Origin: Eledone cirrhosa
Taxonomy: Eukaryota
Direction of reading: 5' to 3'
Assembly (NCBI GenBank): GCA_964016885.1
Contig: OZ024753.1
Coordinates: forward strand, 14,632,001-14,696,000
Length of the DNA stretch: 64,000 nucleotides
The notes beneath the pieces were generated by a model. It was not told where the DNA came from. It worked only from the letters and a program-made list of their open reading frames with translations, and searched no databases. The position numbers and the translations under genes are program-made. This document shows positions 41,820 through 55,625 of the stretch, piece after piece (the first letter of the stretch is position 1; each line of letters starts with the position of its first letter).

Positions 41820-42045
41820 AGGGTGGTGGATTGGCAGTATCAGTAGAGAGTCAGACATGATGCTTTGCAGCATAGAGTTACGGCCCTTTACATTCTGTGT
41901 TCAAGTCCCACCGAGGTTAGCTTTGCCTTTCATCCTTACAAGGTCGATAAAATAAAGTACCAGTAATGCACTGGGGTCGATTTAATTGACTCACCCCACC
42001 TCCCCAAATTGCTGGCCTTGTGCCTATACTAGAAATCATAATAAT
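41820..42045 (+). mobile_element. SINE family 2
   Basis: Full head, body and tail. Confidence 0.8.
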
Positions 42046-43201
42046 GTTCGTGATAGAAAATAAATAATAGACCATTTAACGTCCACTTTTCCTTCTAGCA
42101 AGAGTTGGATGGGTTTAAATAGACAAAGTCAGTACTGAAGTAGGGCTACTGATCTCCTAGTCAGGCTGAGGCATCTGTATCCTGTTTACGAACGGTCATA
42201 GAGTGCAGAGAAGTTGTCATGTCTTTTGACACAAATTGAGGGGTCCTCCTAAACCCCTTATAATATATTCGTTATAACGGTATTTTACTTGTATATTTTT
42301 TTAAATGAGGCCTCCGAGGGTGAGCTATAGTTTATTTAGCTTAAAGGTAAGTACAGCACTGGTTGGAATGCCTTTTTTCGTAGGTCTGTTAACTGAGAGT
42401 TCACCTGGGGTAGGGAAGCTTTAAACAACAACATGCCATAAGTCAACTTGAATAAAGGCTGACCAATCAGATCAAATGTAACAATTATGAGCAAATAAAG
42501 GCTGACCAATCAGAAGAGATGTAGCAAATTAGAGCAAATAAAGGCTGACCAATCAAAACAGATGTAATAATTATGAGCATTCTATCTGAAAATGATTTCA
42601 AACTGAAAATTAAAAAATACATAATATATATAAATATATATATATATATATAATAAATTAGAAATATTTATGACTATATATTAAATATAATAACATGTAC
42701 AGTACAGATGTTACAGGGATGAAACATTTGAAAGGAAAGCTTACCACAATATTGTAAGAAACTAGGAAACTACTGTTAATGCATGCTCGAGGATTGATGA
42801 AGAGACTGTCAATCTAGACAGAATAACATTGACATGATTGCGACTGTCAAACTAAGACAGAACAAGACTGACATGACATGATATGATGGATGTCAAAATA
42901 TGACAGAACAAGACTGACATCTCAATACATGCATTAAATCACGTTCTACATGCAATAAAACAAATGCAATGAATTCCACAGGTATCAAGGTATACTTTAA
43001 TGAATTACTATTAATTATGGGAAGATATATGGCCTAGAGGTTAAGTTGTTGGGTTCACTATCTCAATGTTATGGGTTAAATTCCTCAACTAGCTGGCACT
43101 GGTAAATTGTGTTCTTGAACAAATCACTTCACCCCAATTTACTCTAGTTTTTCCAGCTAAAAACGAGTACCAACAGCTGCAACTTGGGCTTAAATCTTTA
43201 A

Positions 43202-43412
43202 CCCTTTAGCATTTAAACTGGCTGTATCTGGCCAGAATTCAATCACCTCTTTCTGTTCAAACCACCTGTAACTGGCCACTCATACTGATGTTAAGGTATT
43301 GTTCTCAAAATAAATAACATCAAATTCTCATAGATTCAATATATGTGAAATAATTAAAGCCTTTACCATGAAAATGCAATAGTATATATAGAGTAATGTA
43401 AATGCTAAAGGG
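43202..43412 (-). mobile_element. piggyBac-like MITE inserted in a SINE remnant
   Basis: TTAA|CCCTTTAGCATTTA...TAAATGCTAAAGGG|TTAA, with a perfect 14-bp TIR. Confidence 0.9.
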
Positions 43413-44039
43413 TTAACGGACTGGCATGTACTATCAATTGCTTAATGTTAATGAAGCTGAGATAAGCTCCAGCTTGTTGAGGCTATGGGCTTGGGACATG
43501 TTTTAATCTTTTCTTTTTTTAATGGTGTATTATTTCAGTAATCTTAACTATATTTCTGTGTAATTAATGAATTCTAATTTTGGCACATGACCAGCAACTT
43601 GTGAGGATAAGGATTATCTGATGAAACCCAGTATTTGAATAATATTTATTTTTACTGATCCTAGAAGAATGAAAGGTAAAGTTGACCATAGTGAGATTTG
43701 AACTCAGAACCAATACATTTTAGCCCCTAACCCATTGAAGGATATGTCTATTTCTTCACTCAAGCTATACTACAATGGCTTCTGTCCCTCAGAGATAGCT
43801 GCTTGCATGCCCACCTCAACTTAAGAAGGCCCACCCAACACATCATCATCGTTTGACAACCATACATTAACCAATTCTTGTCTAATTCTTTCTTCTTAAG
43901 AGTAACAGCCCTCTGCAATTCCTGCTTGCTAATTTTTCATCAACTTTCAGTTATTCAAGATGAACCACATCAACCTCAACAGTCACAGAGAACCACCAAA
44001 TGTGTTGGGTTACTGCCCCTTTTCCCCTAACAAGCCATC

Positions 44040-45240
44040 TATGACTTAACCTATGTCACAGAGTCATATCTATGACTTAACCCATCTTAATCTATGTCAC
44101 AGTGTTATGTCTACATCTTTATGTCTTACCCTATGTCATAGTGATATATTTATATCTTAATGTATGTCTTAACCTATATCACAGTGTTATATCTTATGTT
44201 TTCTCTCTGTCTTAATATGTGACAGTATTACAGCTTACATCTTACTCAGTGTAATGTTTATGACTTACCCTATGTCACAGTGTTATATCTCTATGACAGT
44301 ATTAAAGCCTACATCTTACTCAGTGTTGTGTTTATGACTTACCCTATTTCACAGTGGTATATCTACATCTTAACCTATGCCTTACCCTATGTCACAGTGT
44401 CATATCTATGTCACAGTGTCATATCTATGTCACAGTGGTATATCTACATCTTAACCTATGCCTTACCCTATGTCACAGAGTTCTATCTATGTCACAGTGG
44501 TATATCTACGTCTTAATCTATGTCTTACCCTATGTCACAGTGTTCTATCTATGTCACAGTGGTAAATCTACATCTTAACCTATGTCATACCCTATGTCAC
44601 AGTGTCATATCTATGTCACAGTGGTATATCTACATCTTAACCTATGTCTTAACCTATGTCACAGTGTCATATCTATGTCACAGTGGTATATCTACTTTGA
44701 ACCTATGTCTCACCCGATGTCACAGTGTCATATCTATGTCACAGTGGTATATCTACATCTTAACCTATGTCTCACCCTATGTCACAGTGTTCTATCTATG
44801 TCACAGTGGTATATCTACATCTTAACCTATATCTCACCCTATGTCACAGTGTCATATCTATGTCACAGTGGTATATCTACATCTTAACCTATGTCTTACC
44901 CTATGTCACAGTGGTATATCTACATCTTAACCTATGTCTCACCCTATGTCACAGTGTCATATCTATGTCACAGTGGTATATCTACATCTTAACCTATGTC
45001 TTACCCTATGTCACAGTGGTATATCTACATCTTAACCTATGTCTTACCCTATGTCACAGTGGTATATCTACATCTTAACCTGTCTCACCCTATGTCACAG
45101 TGTCATATCTATGTCACAGTGGTATATCTACATCTTAACCTATGTCTTACCCTATGTCACAGTGGTATATCTACATCTTAACCTATGTCTCACCCTATGT
45201 TACAGTGGTATATCTACGTCTTAACCTATGTCACAGTGGT
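44040..45240. repeat. Modular minisatellite (19-bp and 43-bp subunits built on ctatgtcacagtg)
   Basis: Alternating units with a degenerate left end. Confidence 0.9.
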
Positions 45241-45379
45241 ATAGGAAGGATTGTTACACAATTTATATATTTAAATCTATCAATGTCTAAATATGCAGAA
45301 AAGCAGTGTTTTATTATTATTATTATTCATATCTAACAAGTAAATCTCTAGCATTTGGTTTCCAAAGAGGGTGGTTTGA

Positions 45380-45750
45380 GGGGAGAGAATGGGAGATAGA
45401 AGAGAGAGTGAGAGAGACAGGGAGAGAGAGAGAGAGAGAGAGGGAGATAAAGAGATAGAGAGAGGGGGAGATAGAGACAGAGGGGGAGATAGAGAGAGAT
45501 ATAGAAAGAGAGGAGGAGATAGAGAGGGAGAGAGAGAGACAGGGAGACAGAGAGAGGGAGATAGAGAGAGACAGGGAGATAGAGAGAGATTCAGGAGAGA
45601 GAGAGAGGGAGGGAGATAGAGAGAGAGGGACAGGGCGATAGAGAGAGGTTGAGGGAGAGAGGGCGAGAGGTTGAGGAGATAAATAGCGAGAGAGAGAGAG
45701 AGAAATTGAGAGAACAAAAACATGAGGGAGAGAGAGAGAGAGAAGGGGGG
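45380..45750. repeat. (GA)n-rich polypurine tract
   Basis: Direct inspection. Confidence 0.9.
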
Positions 45751-46041
45751 GACACACACACAATGTTATAGTTTTTCTATGGAAATAGGTAAGATATTCC
45801 TAGTCAGGCTTCAGTTAACTATAATTCTGAATATTGAACAGAACTTCCATTTATCTGTGAACTAAGCTATCTACATAACATCTACATAAAAATATATACT
45901 TAACAATACACACTAACATTATAACATTGTATCATCATCATCATCATCATCTTCGTTTAACGTCCATCTTCCACGTTAGCATGGGTGTTTTAAGAAAAGA
46001 TCAATATATACATAATATTGATATACTGAGATATACATATA

Positions 46042-46375
46042 TCATCATCATCATCATCATTTTACATCCGCTTTTCCCTGCTTGCAAGGGTGGGACGGGG
46101 ACTGATTCTGGCTTGATTTCTACAGATGGATGCCCTTCCTAACACCAACCTCATTTACAGTGAGTGCTGGGTGCTTTTTTTCCGTGGCGCCTACACGTCC
46201 ACTTTGCAGTGGAATGATAGGGACCCCAGTCGCTATCATCTCATTTCTACAGCTGAGTAAACTGGGGCAATGTGAAATAAAGTGTCTTGTTCAACACATC
46301 ATCCGGGCTGAGAATTGAACTCACAATCTTTCGATTGCAAAGCCAATGCTCTAACCACTAAGCCATGTGCCTCCA
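46042..46375 (-). mobile_element. SINE family 1
   Basis: Full-length match. Confidence 0.85.
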
Positions 46376-46382
46376 TATCTTG

Positions 46383-46455
<73 letters not shown>

Positions 46456-46462
46456 AATTGAA

Positions 46463-46496
<34 letters not shown>

Positions 46497-46859
46497 TAGG
46501 CTTAAAATTGGAATGACAATAAGAAAAAAGCAAGTACCGGGGGGGGGGTTCCTCATCAGTTGTCTCCTGGGGGTCTCAGATATTTCAACGCTTTAAAGAC
46601 AAGATATCTACCGTCCAGAGCGTTCAATAACCGGGTAAGTTATTGGGAAAACGGAGGAGGGAGAGAAGGAAAATAGAAGTGAAAAGGGAAACAGTGAAAA
46701 AAACAAACAAAACAAGCAATGTGCGAGCAACTTAAGGTAAGAAAATCCAAGACCACAGCAATAACAGAACTTAAGTTCAAGAGCGTGTGGGCGAGCGAAA
46801 AGACACGACTGACCCCAGGGAGCCACGTCATGCATCAACTCCATCACTCACTTGGCAAT

Positions 46860-47062
46860 CCCTGGCACTAGAGATCACAGCAGACCAAGGAAGACGTGGT
46901 TGGAGTGCGTGATGAGTGATTTGTATAATTAGAACTTGGCCGATGTCGATACTATGGACAGAAATTCATGGAGAGCGGCTGTGAGACATTGCCTGGTGTT
47001 GCCTACCTCGGAGTCCGGGACAACAGCAGCACCCTAAAGACCAAAACTGGATATGGATGGAT
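46860..47062 (+). mobile_element. 3' end of a second RTE-like LINE family
   Basis: Translation RPRKTWLECVMSDL..MDRNSWRAAV, with a tggatatggatgga tail. Confidence 0.65.
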
Positions 47063-47289
47063 TGATATATATGAATATATAGATACATACATATGTATAT
47101 ATTCATTTTGTTAAGGCTAAATAGTGAGTCTTGTTACGCTGGAGTTTCGCCTGTTGATATAAACACTTGAAATTCCAGAATAACAAGACTCACTATTTAG
47201 CCATAATAAAATGAATATTAAAACTCTACTTCGGTATTGATTACTCTTTTCTCTCAGCTGTCAACCTGTCAACAACAATGGGGACATAT

Positions 47290-48375
47290 CAAAAAGTGCC
47301 CAGTCCACACCGTAAAGTGGTCATGTAGGTGTCACAACAAAAAGCACCCAGTCCACACCGTAAAGTGGTCATGTAGGTGTCACAACAAAAAGCACCCAGT
47401 CCACACTGTAAAGTGGTCATGTAGGTGTCATGACAAAAAGCACTCAGTCCACACTGTAAAGTGGTCATGTAGGTGTCATGACAAAAAGCACTCAGTCCAC
47501 ACTGTAAAGTGGTCATGTAGGTGTCATGACAAAAAGCACTCAGTCCACACTGTAAAGTGGTCATGTAGGTGTCACAACAAAAAGCACCCAGTCCACACTG
47601 TAAAGTGGTCATGTAGGTGTCACAACAAAAAGCACCCAGCCCACACTGTAAAGTGGTCATCTATGTGTCATGACAAAAAGCACCCAGCCCACACTGTAAA
47701 GTGGTCATCTATGTGTCATGACAAAAAGCACTCAGTCCACACTGTAAAGTGGTCATGTAGGTGTCATGACAAAAAGCACCCAATCCACACTGTAAAGTGG
47801 TCATGTAGGTGTCATGACAAAAAGCACTCAGTCCACACTGTAAAGTGGTCATGTAGGTGTCATGACAAAAAGCACTCAGTCCACACTGTAAAGTGGTCAT
47901 GTAGGTGTCACAACAAAAAGCACCCAGTCCACACTGTAAAGTGGTCATGTAGGTGTCACAACAAAAAGCACCCAGCCCACACTGTAAAGTGGTCATCTAT
48001 GTGTCATGACAAAAAGCACTCAGTCCACACTGTAAAGTGGTCATGTAGGTATTATGGGAAAAAGCATTCAGCCCACACTGTTAAGTGGTCATATTGGTGT
48101 CATGTCAAAAAGCACCCAGTCCACTCTGTAAAGTGTCATGTCAACAAGTACTCACTGCAAAGTGGTCATGTAGGTGTCACAACAAAAAGCACCCAGCACA
48201 CACTGTAAATGAGGTTGACATTAGGAAGGGCATGCTGTTGTAGAAACCAAGCGTAAATCAGTTCCGTATGAAGACATGGTCACCTGACCTGGCATTGCCC
48301 ACAACGGGACAACTCGTCTAACTCATGCTAGCGTGGAAAAATGGACGTTAAACAGTGATGATGATGATGATGATA
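47290..48375 (+). repeat. 48-bp minisatellite (about 19 copies) amplified inside a SINE family 1-related body
   Basis: Unit aaaaagcacccagtccacactgtaaagtggtcatgtaggtgtcacaac, followed by the SINE tail and (TGA)n. Confidence 0.88.
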
Positions 48376-48538
48376 AATAAATGTTTACTGTTAGGAAGGG
48401 TATCCAGCCATAGAAACCACGCCCAAAACAGTTCTCTATGAATAGGAGCCGGTTATCTGTATGAACAAGACATGGCATTGCTTTCAACGGCACAAATCGT
48501 CTAACCCATGTTAGCAGGGAAAAATGGACATTAAACAG

Positions 48539-48569
<31 letters not shown>

Positions 48570-50129
48570 AGAGAAATAGACATCAGGTATAGTTTGTTGT
48601 TATTCTACTGCTGACCATTTTGTCAACACCTTACAACAGAGGGAGAGGAAGAGATGAAGGTGAGAAATTACCATTTTCTAAACAAATCTAGCAGAAAGTG
48701 TCACATGATTCATGTTTTATAATCATACACACACTCTCTCTCTCTCTCTCTCATACACAGACACACAAACATACACTCCCTCACACACATACACACTCTC
48801 TTTCTCTCACACACATACAGACACAAACACACACACACTCTCTCTATCTCTCTCTCTGATATTATCCCTTCTAACTTCTACATGAAGACACCTAAATCTT
48901 CATGGTAGACACCTATTCATGTGGTACTAACAATAAACTATGTATATCCACTACATACATACATAACTAGAAGGGTAAAACATACACAAAACACACAAAC
49001 ACTCACACAGGCACACATATATGAACACACACACACACACACACAGCTATGGCATCCATTAAACATTTTGATACCAACCCAGCTTTTTATGAAACAAAAC
49101 TACTTGTTTTAAAGTGTTCATGTTTGTTTTGAAACCTTTCATAGGCCAATAAATGAAACCAATATTTTAAGTGAAAACCTTTTGTTAATTAATGCTCTGA
49201 AAATCAGCTATAACTTTTGTGAACATATTTCTAATGAAATACACTTTTTTCGAGTAATTAATGAAGAATTTTTTTACTAAAATTATTGATAATTTCATTA
49301 CTAAGATAGCAGCTTAATATATGGCCCTTATTAAAATAAAAACGTCTATAGGGAGATTTTATTTTAAACAGGAACATTTTAAAACGAGTGGTTTTCTTTC
49401 ATAGAACCAGAACTGGTTTTGTTCAGGCTGGTATTAAAATGGTCAATAATGAGAAATGACTGCATCCTTAAAAAATATAACTTAAGTGCACAATTAATTG
49501 AAACATATACAAGTCTTTTATTAGAAATATGGTAACAAAATAGTTAAATTGTGAAATTGGAAATTATGTTGTTACTGTTGACTCAATATTTGAAACCAAC
49601 TATTCTAGGTAAGTTGTTAGCAATATTTAGCAGTGATTGAAACAAAACAAGTTCAGATTCATCAGAGAACTATCATCATCATCAACGTTTAACGTCCGTC
49701 TTCCACGCTTGCATGGGTTTGGACGGGGGTTTTCCCACTTGAGGCAAGAGTGATTGTCTTGCTCGCATAGGACTGTCTGGCGGGTTTTCTACAACTGGAT
49801 GCCCTTCCTAACACCAACCACATTTACAGTGTGGGGCTGGGAGGTTTTTACTGTGTTGCCTACACGGCCACATTACAGCGTGGACTGTGTGTTTTTTGTC
49901 GTGACACCTACACGATCTCATTTGTTTCGGCCTGGATGTTGTGGTACCAACATAACTTTACATTGAAAGGGGCGGTGTGGATGAAGGAAATGAAATGGAC
50001 TAAGGAAAGGAAATTCCATTTGGAGACAAGAATTTAGCAATTCAGTAATAACACAACCCCCTCCTCCACCACCTCATCCTCACCAGCATCATCATTATCA
50101 TTGGAACTACTGTCACCATCATCATCAGC

Positions 50130-50977
50130 AGCACATCACCACCGCAACCACCACCACCACCACCACCACTACCATAACTACCACCAACAACACCACCGCC
50201 ACTACCACAACTACCACAATCATCACCATCACCACGACCAACATTATCACCACCAACAACAACACCACCACCACCACTACCACAACTACCATCAACAACA
50301 CCACCACCACCACAACTACCACAATCATCACCATCACCACGACCAACACTATTACCACCAACAACAACAACACCACCACCACCACTACCACAACTACCAC
50401 AATCACCACCACAACTACTACCACCAACACCACCACCACCACTACCACAACTACCACAATCACCACCACCACCACCACAACTACCACCAACAACACCACT
50501 ACCACAACTACCACAATCACCATCACCACAACTACCACCAACAACACCACCACAACTACCACAATCACCACCACTACAACAACTACCACAATCACCACCA
50601 CCACCACTACCACCAACAACACCACCACCACCACAACTACCACAACTACCACAATCACCACCACCACCACTACCACAACTACCACCAACAACACCACCAC
50701 CACAACTACCACAATCACCACCACCACCACAACTACCACAATCATCACCACCACTACCACAACTACCACAATCATCACCACCACCACCAACAACACCACC
50801 AACCTCACCACTACCACAACTACCACAATCATCACCACCACCAACAACACCACCAACCTCACCACTACCACAACTACCACAATCATCATCACCACCACCA
50901 CCCTCACCACTACCACAATCATCACCACCACCACCACAACTACCACCACCACCAATACCACTACCACAATCATCACC

Positions 50978-51008
<31 letters not shown>

Positions 51009-51182
51009 CCACCACCATCACAACTACCACAATCACCACCACCACCACCACCACCACCACAACTACCACCACCATTACCACAACTACCACAATCACCAAC
51101 ACCACCACCACCACAACTACCACAATCATCACCACCACCAACAACAACAACAACAACAACAACAACACCGCCACCACCACCG
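50130..51182. repeat. (CAC/AAC/TAC)n compound microsatellite
   Basis: Direct inspection. Source of the 390-aa poly-His pseudo-ORF. Confidence 0.95.
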
Positions 51183-51761
51183 ATGGAAGAATAAAATAAT
51201 TGTTTCTACTTTAGGCACAAGGCCAGCAAATTACCCAGTGCATTACTGGTACTTTATTTTATCGACCCCGTAATGATGAAAGGCAAAGTTAACCTCGGCG
51301 AGATTTGAACTCAGTCCGTAAAGGGACGTAACTCTATGCTGGAAAGCATAGCGTCCGATGCTCTACCGATACTGCCAATGAATAAAATAATATGTTTTTA
51401 AATCCAATTTTTGGCAATTATATTTGGGGGTGGGGGAGATTGTATTCTTTGAAAAAACCCTACTCTATCATGTACATAACTTCATTGTCATCTTCGTTTA
51501 ACGTCCATCTTCCATGTTTATTTGTTTAATATAGATGATGATTGTGATGGTGATGGTGGAGGTGGTGGTGGTGGTGGTGGTAGTGGTGGTGGTGGTGGTG
51601 GTGGTGGTGGTGGTGGTGGCGGTGGTGGTGACGATGGTGATGATTGGTGGAGGTGATGATAGTGGTGGTGGTGGTGATGATGATGATGATGGTGGTGGTG
51701 GTGATGATGACGGTGGTGATGATGACGGTGGTGATGATGATGATGATGATGACGGTGGTGG

Positions 51762-51794
<33 letters not shown>

Positions 51795-52107
51795 TGGTGA
51801 TGATGCGGACTATGCTGGTGGTGGTGGTGGTGGTGGTGCAGATGGTTGCGATGATGATGATAGCAAAGTATTTTTTATTTCTGTTTAATTCCTTGAAGAT
51901 GAAAGTGGAATAAGATCTATATCTATTCCATATTTTAATAGAAACAGATAGGACCTGATTGTCAAGATGCCAACCATGACCTTCACCATCCAACACAATG
52001 TGATTGTTTACTTGAAAAACTTCCAATGTCTTTAAAGTTTAAATATAAAAAGAAAACAATACTAGATCCTCAGAAACTAATGATGGATGGATGGTATCAA
52101 GGAAATA

Positions 52108-52830
52108 CAAGGGTGGGCTGAAGGAGCGATGCTAGAGCTGTGAAATCTTGTATGTATTAATTTCAACTCTTCTTATTAATAATTGCATTGTTTCTTTCCA
52201 GGGACTATGTTGAAAAATAAACCTCATTTGGTCATTCCATGAGAGTATCTTTGTCAGACTATGAACATTTCAACCTATGAAAGAGTGATGCTAGAGCTGT
52301 GAAATCTTGTTCATTTCATTCCATTTTACGCCCGCTTTTCCCTGCTTGCAAGGGTGGGACGGGAACTGATTCTGGCTTGATTTCTACAGCTGGATGCCCT
52401 TCCTAACACCAACCTCATTTACAGTGAGTGCTGGGTGCTTTTTTGCCGTGGCACCTACACGTCCACTTTACAGTGTGGGCTGGGTGCTTTTTTGCCATGG
52501 CACCTCCACGACCACTTTGCAGTGGAATGATAGGGACTGGAGTCCCTATCATCTCATTTCTACAGCTGAGTAAACTGAAGCAATGTGAAATAAAGTGTCT
52601 TGCTCAAGGAAACAACACATCACCCGGTCTGAGAATTGAACTCACAACCTTTCGATTGCAAGGCCAATGCTCTAACCACTAAGCCATGTGCCTCCTTGTA
52701 TGTATTAATTTCAACTCTTCTTATTAATAATTGCATTGTTTCTTTCCAGGGACTATGTTGAAAAATCAAAATCATTTGTTCATTCCATGAGTATCTTGGC
52801 CAGCCTATGAACTTTTCAGCTGACCTCTTG
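52108..52830 (+). mobile_element. Tc1/mariner-like MITE with an internal duplication and an inserted SINE family 1 copy (52311-52695, minus)
   Basis: TA|CAAGGGTGGGCTGAA...TTCAGCTGACCTCTTG|TA. A ~150-bp body is repeated, and a related fragment lies at about 16240-16295. Confidence 0.65.
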
Positions 52831-53693
52831 TATAAAGATACGATAAAATTTATGAAATATGAAAAAATTATGTGTTGTGAGAAGAGGTGGGTGATGGTGG
52901 GTTTGGATAGGATCCAAACAACAAAAGAACTTTTGCTGAATAGGATCAATTAATTAAAAACTGTAACATATTCACTCTGACATTGGAGGGTGGGAGTGTT
53001 GGTTGTGGGGGTGGTTGTAGTGGTAGGGTGGTTAGTGGTGTTGGTGGTTGTTGTTGGTAGTGGTGTTTGTGATATTTGTTGTTGTTGTTGTTGTTGCTGG
53101 TGGTGATGGTGGTGGTTGTTGTTGTTGCTGGTGGTGGTGGAGGTGGTTTTGCGGTGTTGGAGGTGGTAGTTGTGGTGTTGGTAGCAGTGTTGGTGTTGCT
53201 GGTGGTGGTGTTGGTTATTGATGGTGGTGGTGTTTTTTATTGATGGTGGTGGTGTTTGTTATTGATGGTGGTGGTTGTGGTGTTGGAGGTGGCAGTTGCG
53301 GTGTTGGTAGCAGTGTTGGTGTTGATAGTGGTGGTGTTTGTTATTGATGGTGGTGGTGTTTGTTATTGATGGTGGTGGTGTTTGTTATTGATGGTGGTGG
53401 TTGTGGTGTTGGAGGTGGCAGTTGCGGTGTTGGTAGCAGTGTTGGTGTTGCTAGTGGTGGTGTTTGTTATTGATGGTGGTGGTGTTTGTTATTGATGGTG
53501 GTGGTGTTTGTTATTGATGGTGGTGGTTGTGGTGTTGGAGGTGGCAGTTGCGGTGTTGGTAACAGTGTTGATGTTGGTGGTAGTGTTGGTTGTTGGTGAT
53601 GGTGGTGGTAGTGGTTGTGGTGTTGGTGTTTGTGGTGGTGTTGATAGTGGTTGTGGTGTTGGTGTTTGTGGTGGTGTTGATAGTAGTTGTAAA

Positions 53694-53885
53694 TACACCA
53701 TCATTGCAGTATAAGCCTGTGTGGGAATCTGGTTCGTAATGTATCTAAAATATATAAGCCAACCAAGTCGCATATATCAGCACTATCGAATGATGGCATT
53801 GTTACGTCAAATAGTTCTGAAGTAGTTGACTCCTTTGTCCAGGCTACATCATTGTTGAAGAAGAGGAGATTACGTAATAGTGCTT
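53694..53885 (-). pseudogene. Penelope-like element reverse transcriptase fragment
   Basis: LLFFNNDVAWTK..FDVTMPSFDSADICDLVGLYILDTL, then after a frameshift GLYCNDGV. This resembles the PLE RT motif FDVTMGSFDGAEVCELVGLY..LYRDDG. Confidence 0.75.
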
Positions 53886-54934
53886 GTCTAAACACGAGAT
53901 CCGATTTCTCCTGACGTTGTCACCATGTTTTGAAACATCCATTACGTAATTTTAAAGCACCGACTGCCTATCAGCTGTAACACCCTCTAGACTGGGTATC
54001 AGGAATAATCCATTGCAGGCATGTGAAACATGCAGCTTGCAGGCAGCATGTGGCCCTTTACAAGCATACCTGTGGCCCTCACAAAGGTTTTTACAGTACG
54101 AGCATGTTTTATCTTCGTAATATAAAACTTAAGTGACATAAACCACTTCGAAACATATGGTACGACACACTAGAACATGCTGTACAAAACCCTGGGACAT
54201 GTAGTATAAACATTTTAGAACATGTGGTACAAAAACCTTATAACATGTGGTACAAAACCCTGGGACATGTAATACAAACATTTTAGAACATGTATGAAAC
54301 CTTAGAACGTGGTACAAAAACCTTATAACATGTGGTACAAAAACCTTATAACATGTGGTACAAAAACACTGCTAAACATAGTACCAAATCCTTGAGCATC
54401 TGGTACAAAACTTCAAGGCATGTAATACAAAACCCTGGGACTTGTAGCACAAAATCCACACGCAATGCACACATTACACAATATACATACTACACACACA
54501 CAATACACACACACACACACACACACACACAACATGCACAATACACAAACACAACCAATAAACACACACACAACCAATATACACCCACACAGTATGTACA
54601 AAAGCTTGTGCAATTAAGAACACCTTAGTCTAGTAACCTGTGAAATGTGACCTTTGAACTTTACACTACATTAAATTTGGCACTATTGACTGGTTCCTAT
54701 GAAAAGCTCTTCTTTTCAACAACTATTGATCTCTATTTTACTTCATCAATACATTCTATTTATTTCAAATAAATTGATTTTAGAAATTACTTTTTATGTT
54801 ACTACAAATATTTTCTTAAAGTACTTGTTTTCTATAGGTCTGTCCGTGTGATCACGGAAAAAAAAAAAATATATATATATATACTTGTATACATACATAC
54901 ATACCTGTATATATATACTTATATACATACATAC

Positions 54935-54965
<31 letters not shown>

Positions 54966-55072
54966 CTTATATACATACATACCTGTATATATATGTATAT
55001 ATATATACTTATATACATACATACTTATATATATACATACTTGTATACATATGTATATATATATATACAATC

Positions 55073-55119
<47 letters not shown>

Positions 55120-55538
55120 TCTGACATTGCTCTAATTGAGGATAAATTCCTCATTGATAGATTATTTTTCTAAAACTTTATAAAAAACTGTAATGTTTAC
55201 CAAAATCAAATAGCATGCCGTAGACATAGATTTTTAACTATGTTAACAACCACATATTATTTGATATGTAGGAGAGGAAATTTCATATTCGCAGACCTCG
55301 TGATGTGACTGGTACTTTAATGAGATTGGAGATAGTACATTTTAGAAGACCCCATTATTTAACAGGTATTTTAATAGTGAAATGGACATATATATATATA
55401 TAAGTAGAAGTGGTATTTAATTTGTTGGAAGTCCGACAAATATAAATGTTTATAACTGATTTAGAGCACTCAACAGATAACTGGAGTAAATATTCAATGA
55501 TATTAAATAAATGGAAACTATATTTATAAAACCATATT

Positions 55539-55603
55539 TATTTTATTATATATATTTCAAGGGCAACCAAGACAACATTGGTACGCTTTCATCAGATAAA
55601 ATA
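55539..55603 (-). ncRNA. Type I hammerhead ribozyme (family A)
   Basis: TATTTTAT-CTGATGA-AAGCGTACCAA..TTGGTTGCCCTT-GAAA-TATAT-ATA|ATAAAATA. Confidence 0.8.
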
Positions 55604-55625
55604 CATATATATATATATATATATA

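Noticed and set aside
42735-42770. QYCGK resembling the SK pore exon (TYCGK)
   Set aside because: No GYG filter, and there are in-frame stops immediately upstream.
50101-51273. His-rich 390-aa ORF and other poly-His/Met/Val ORFs
   Set aside because: Trinucleotide microsatellites. This one runs into a SINE.
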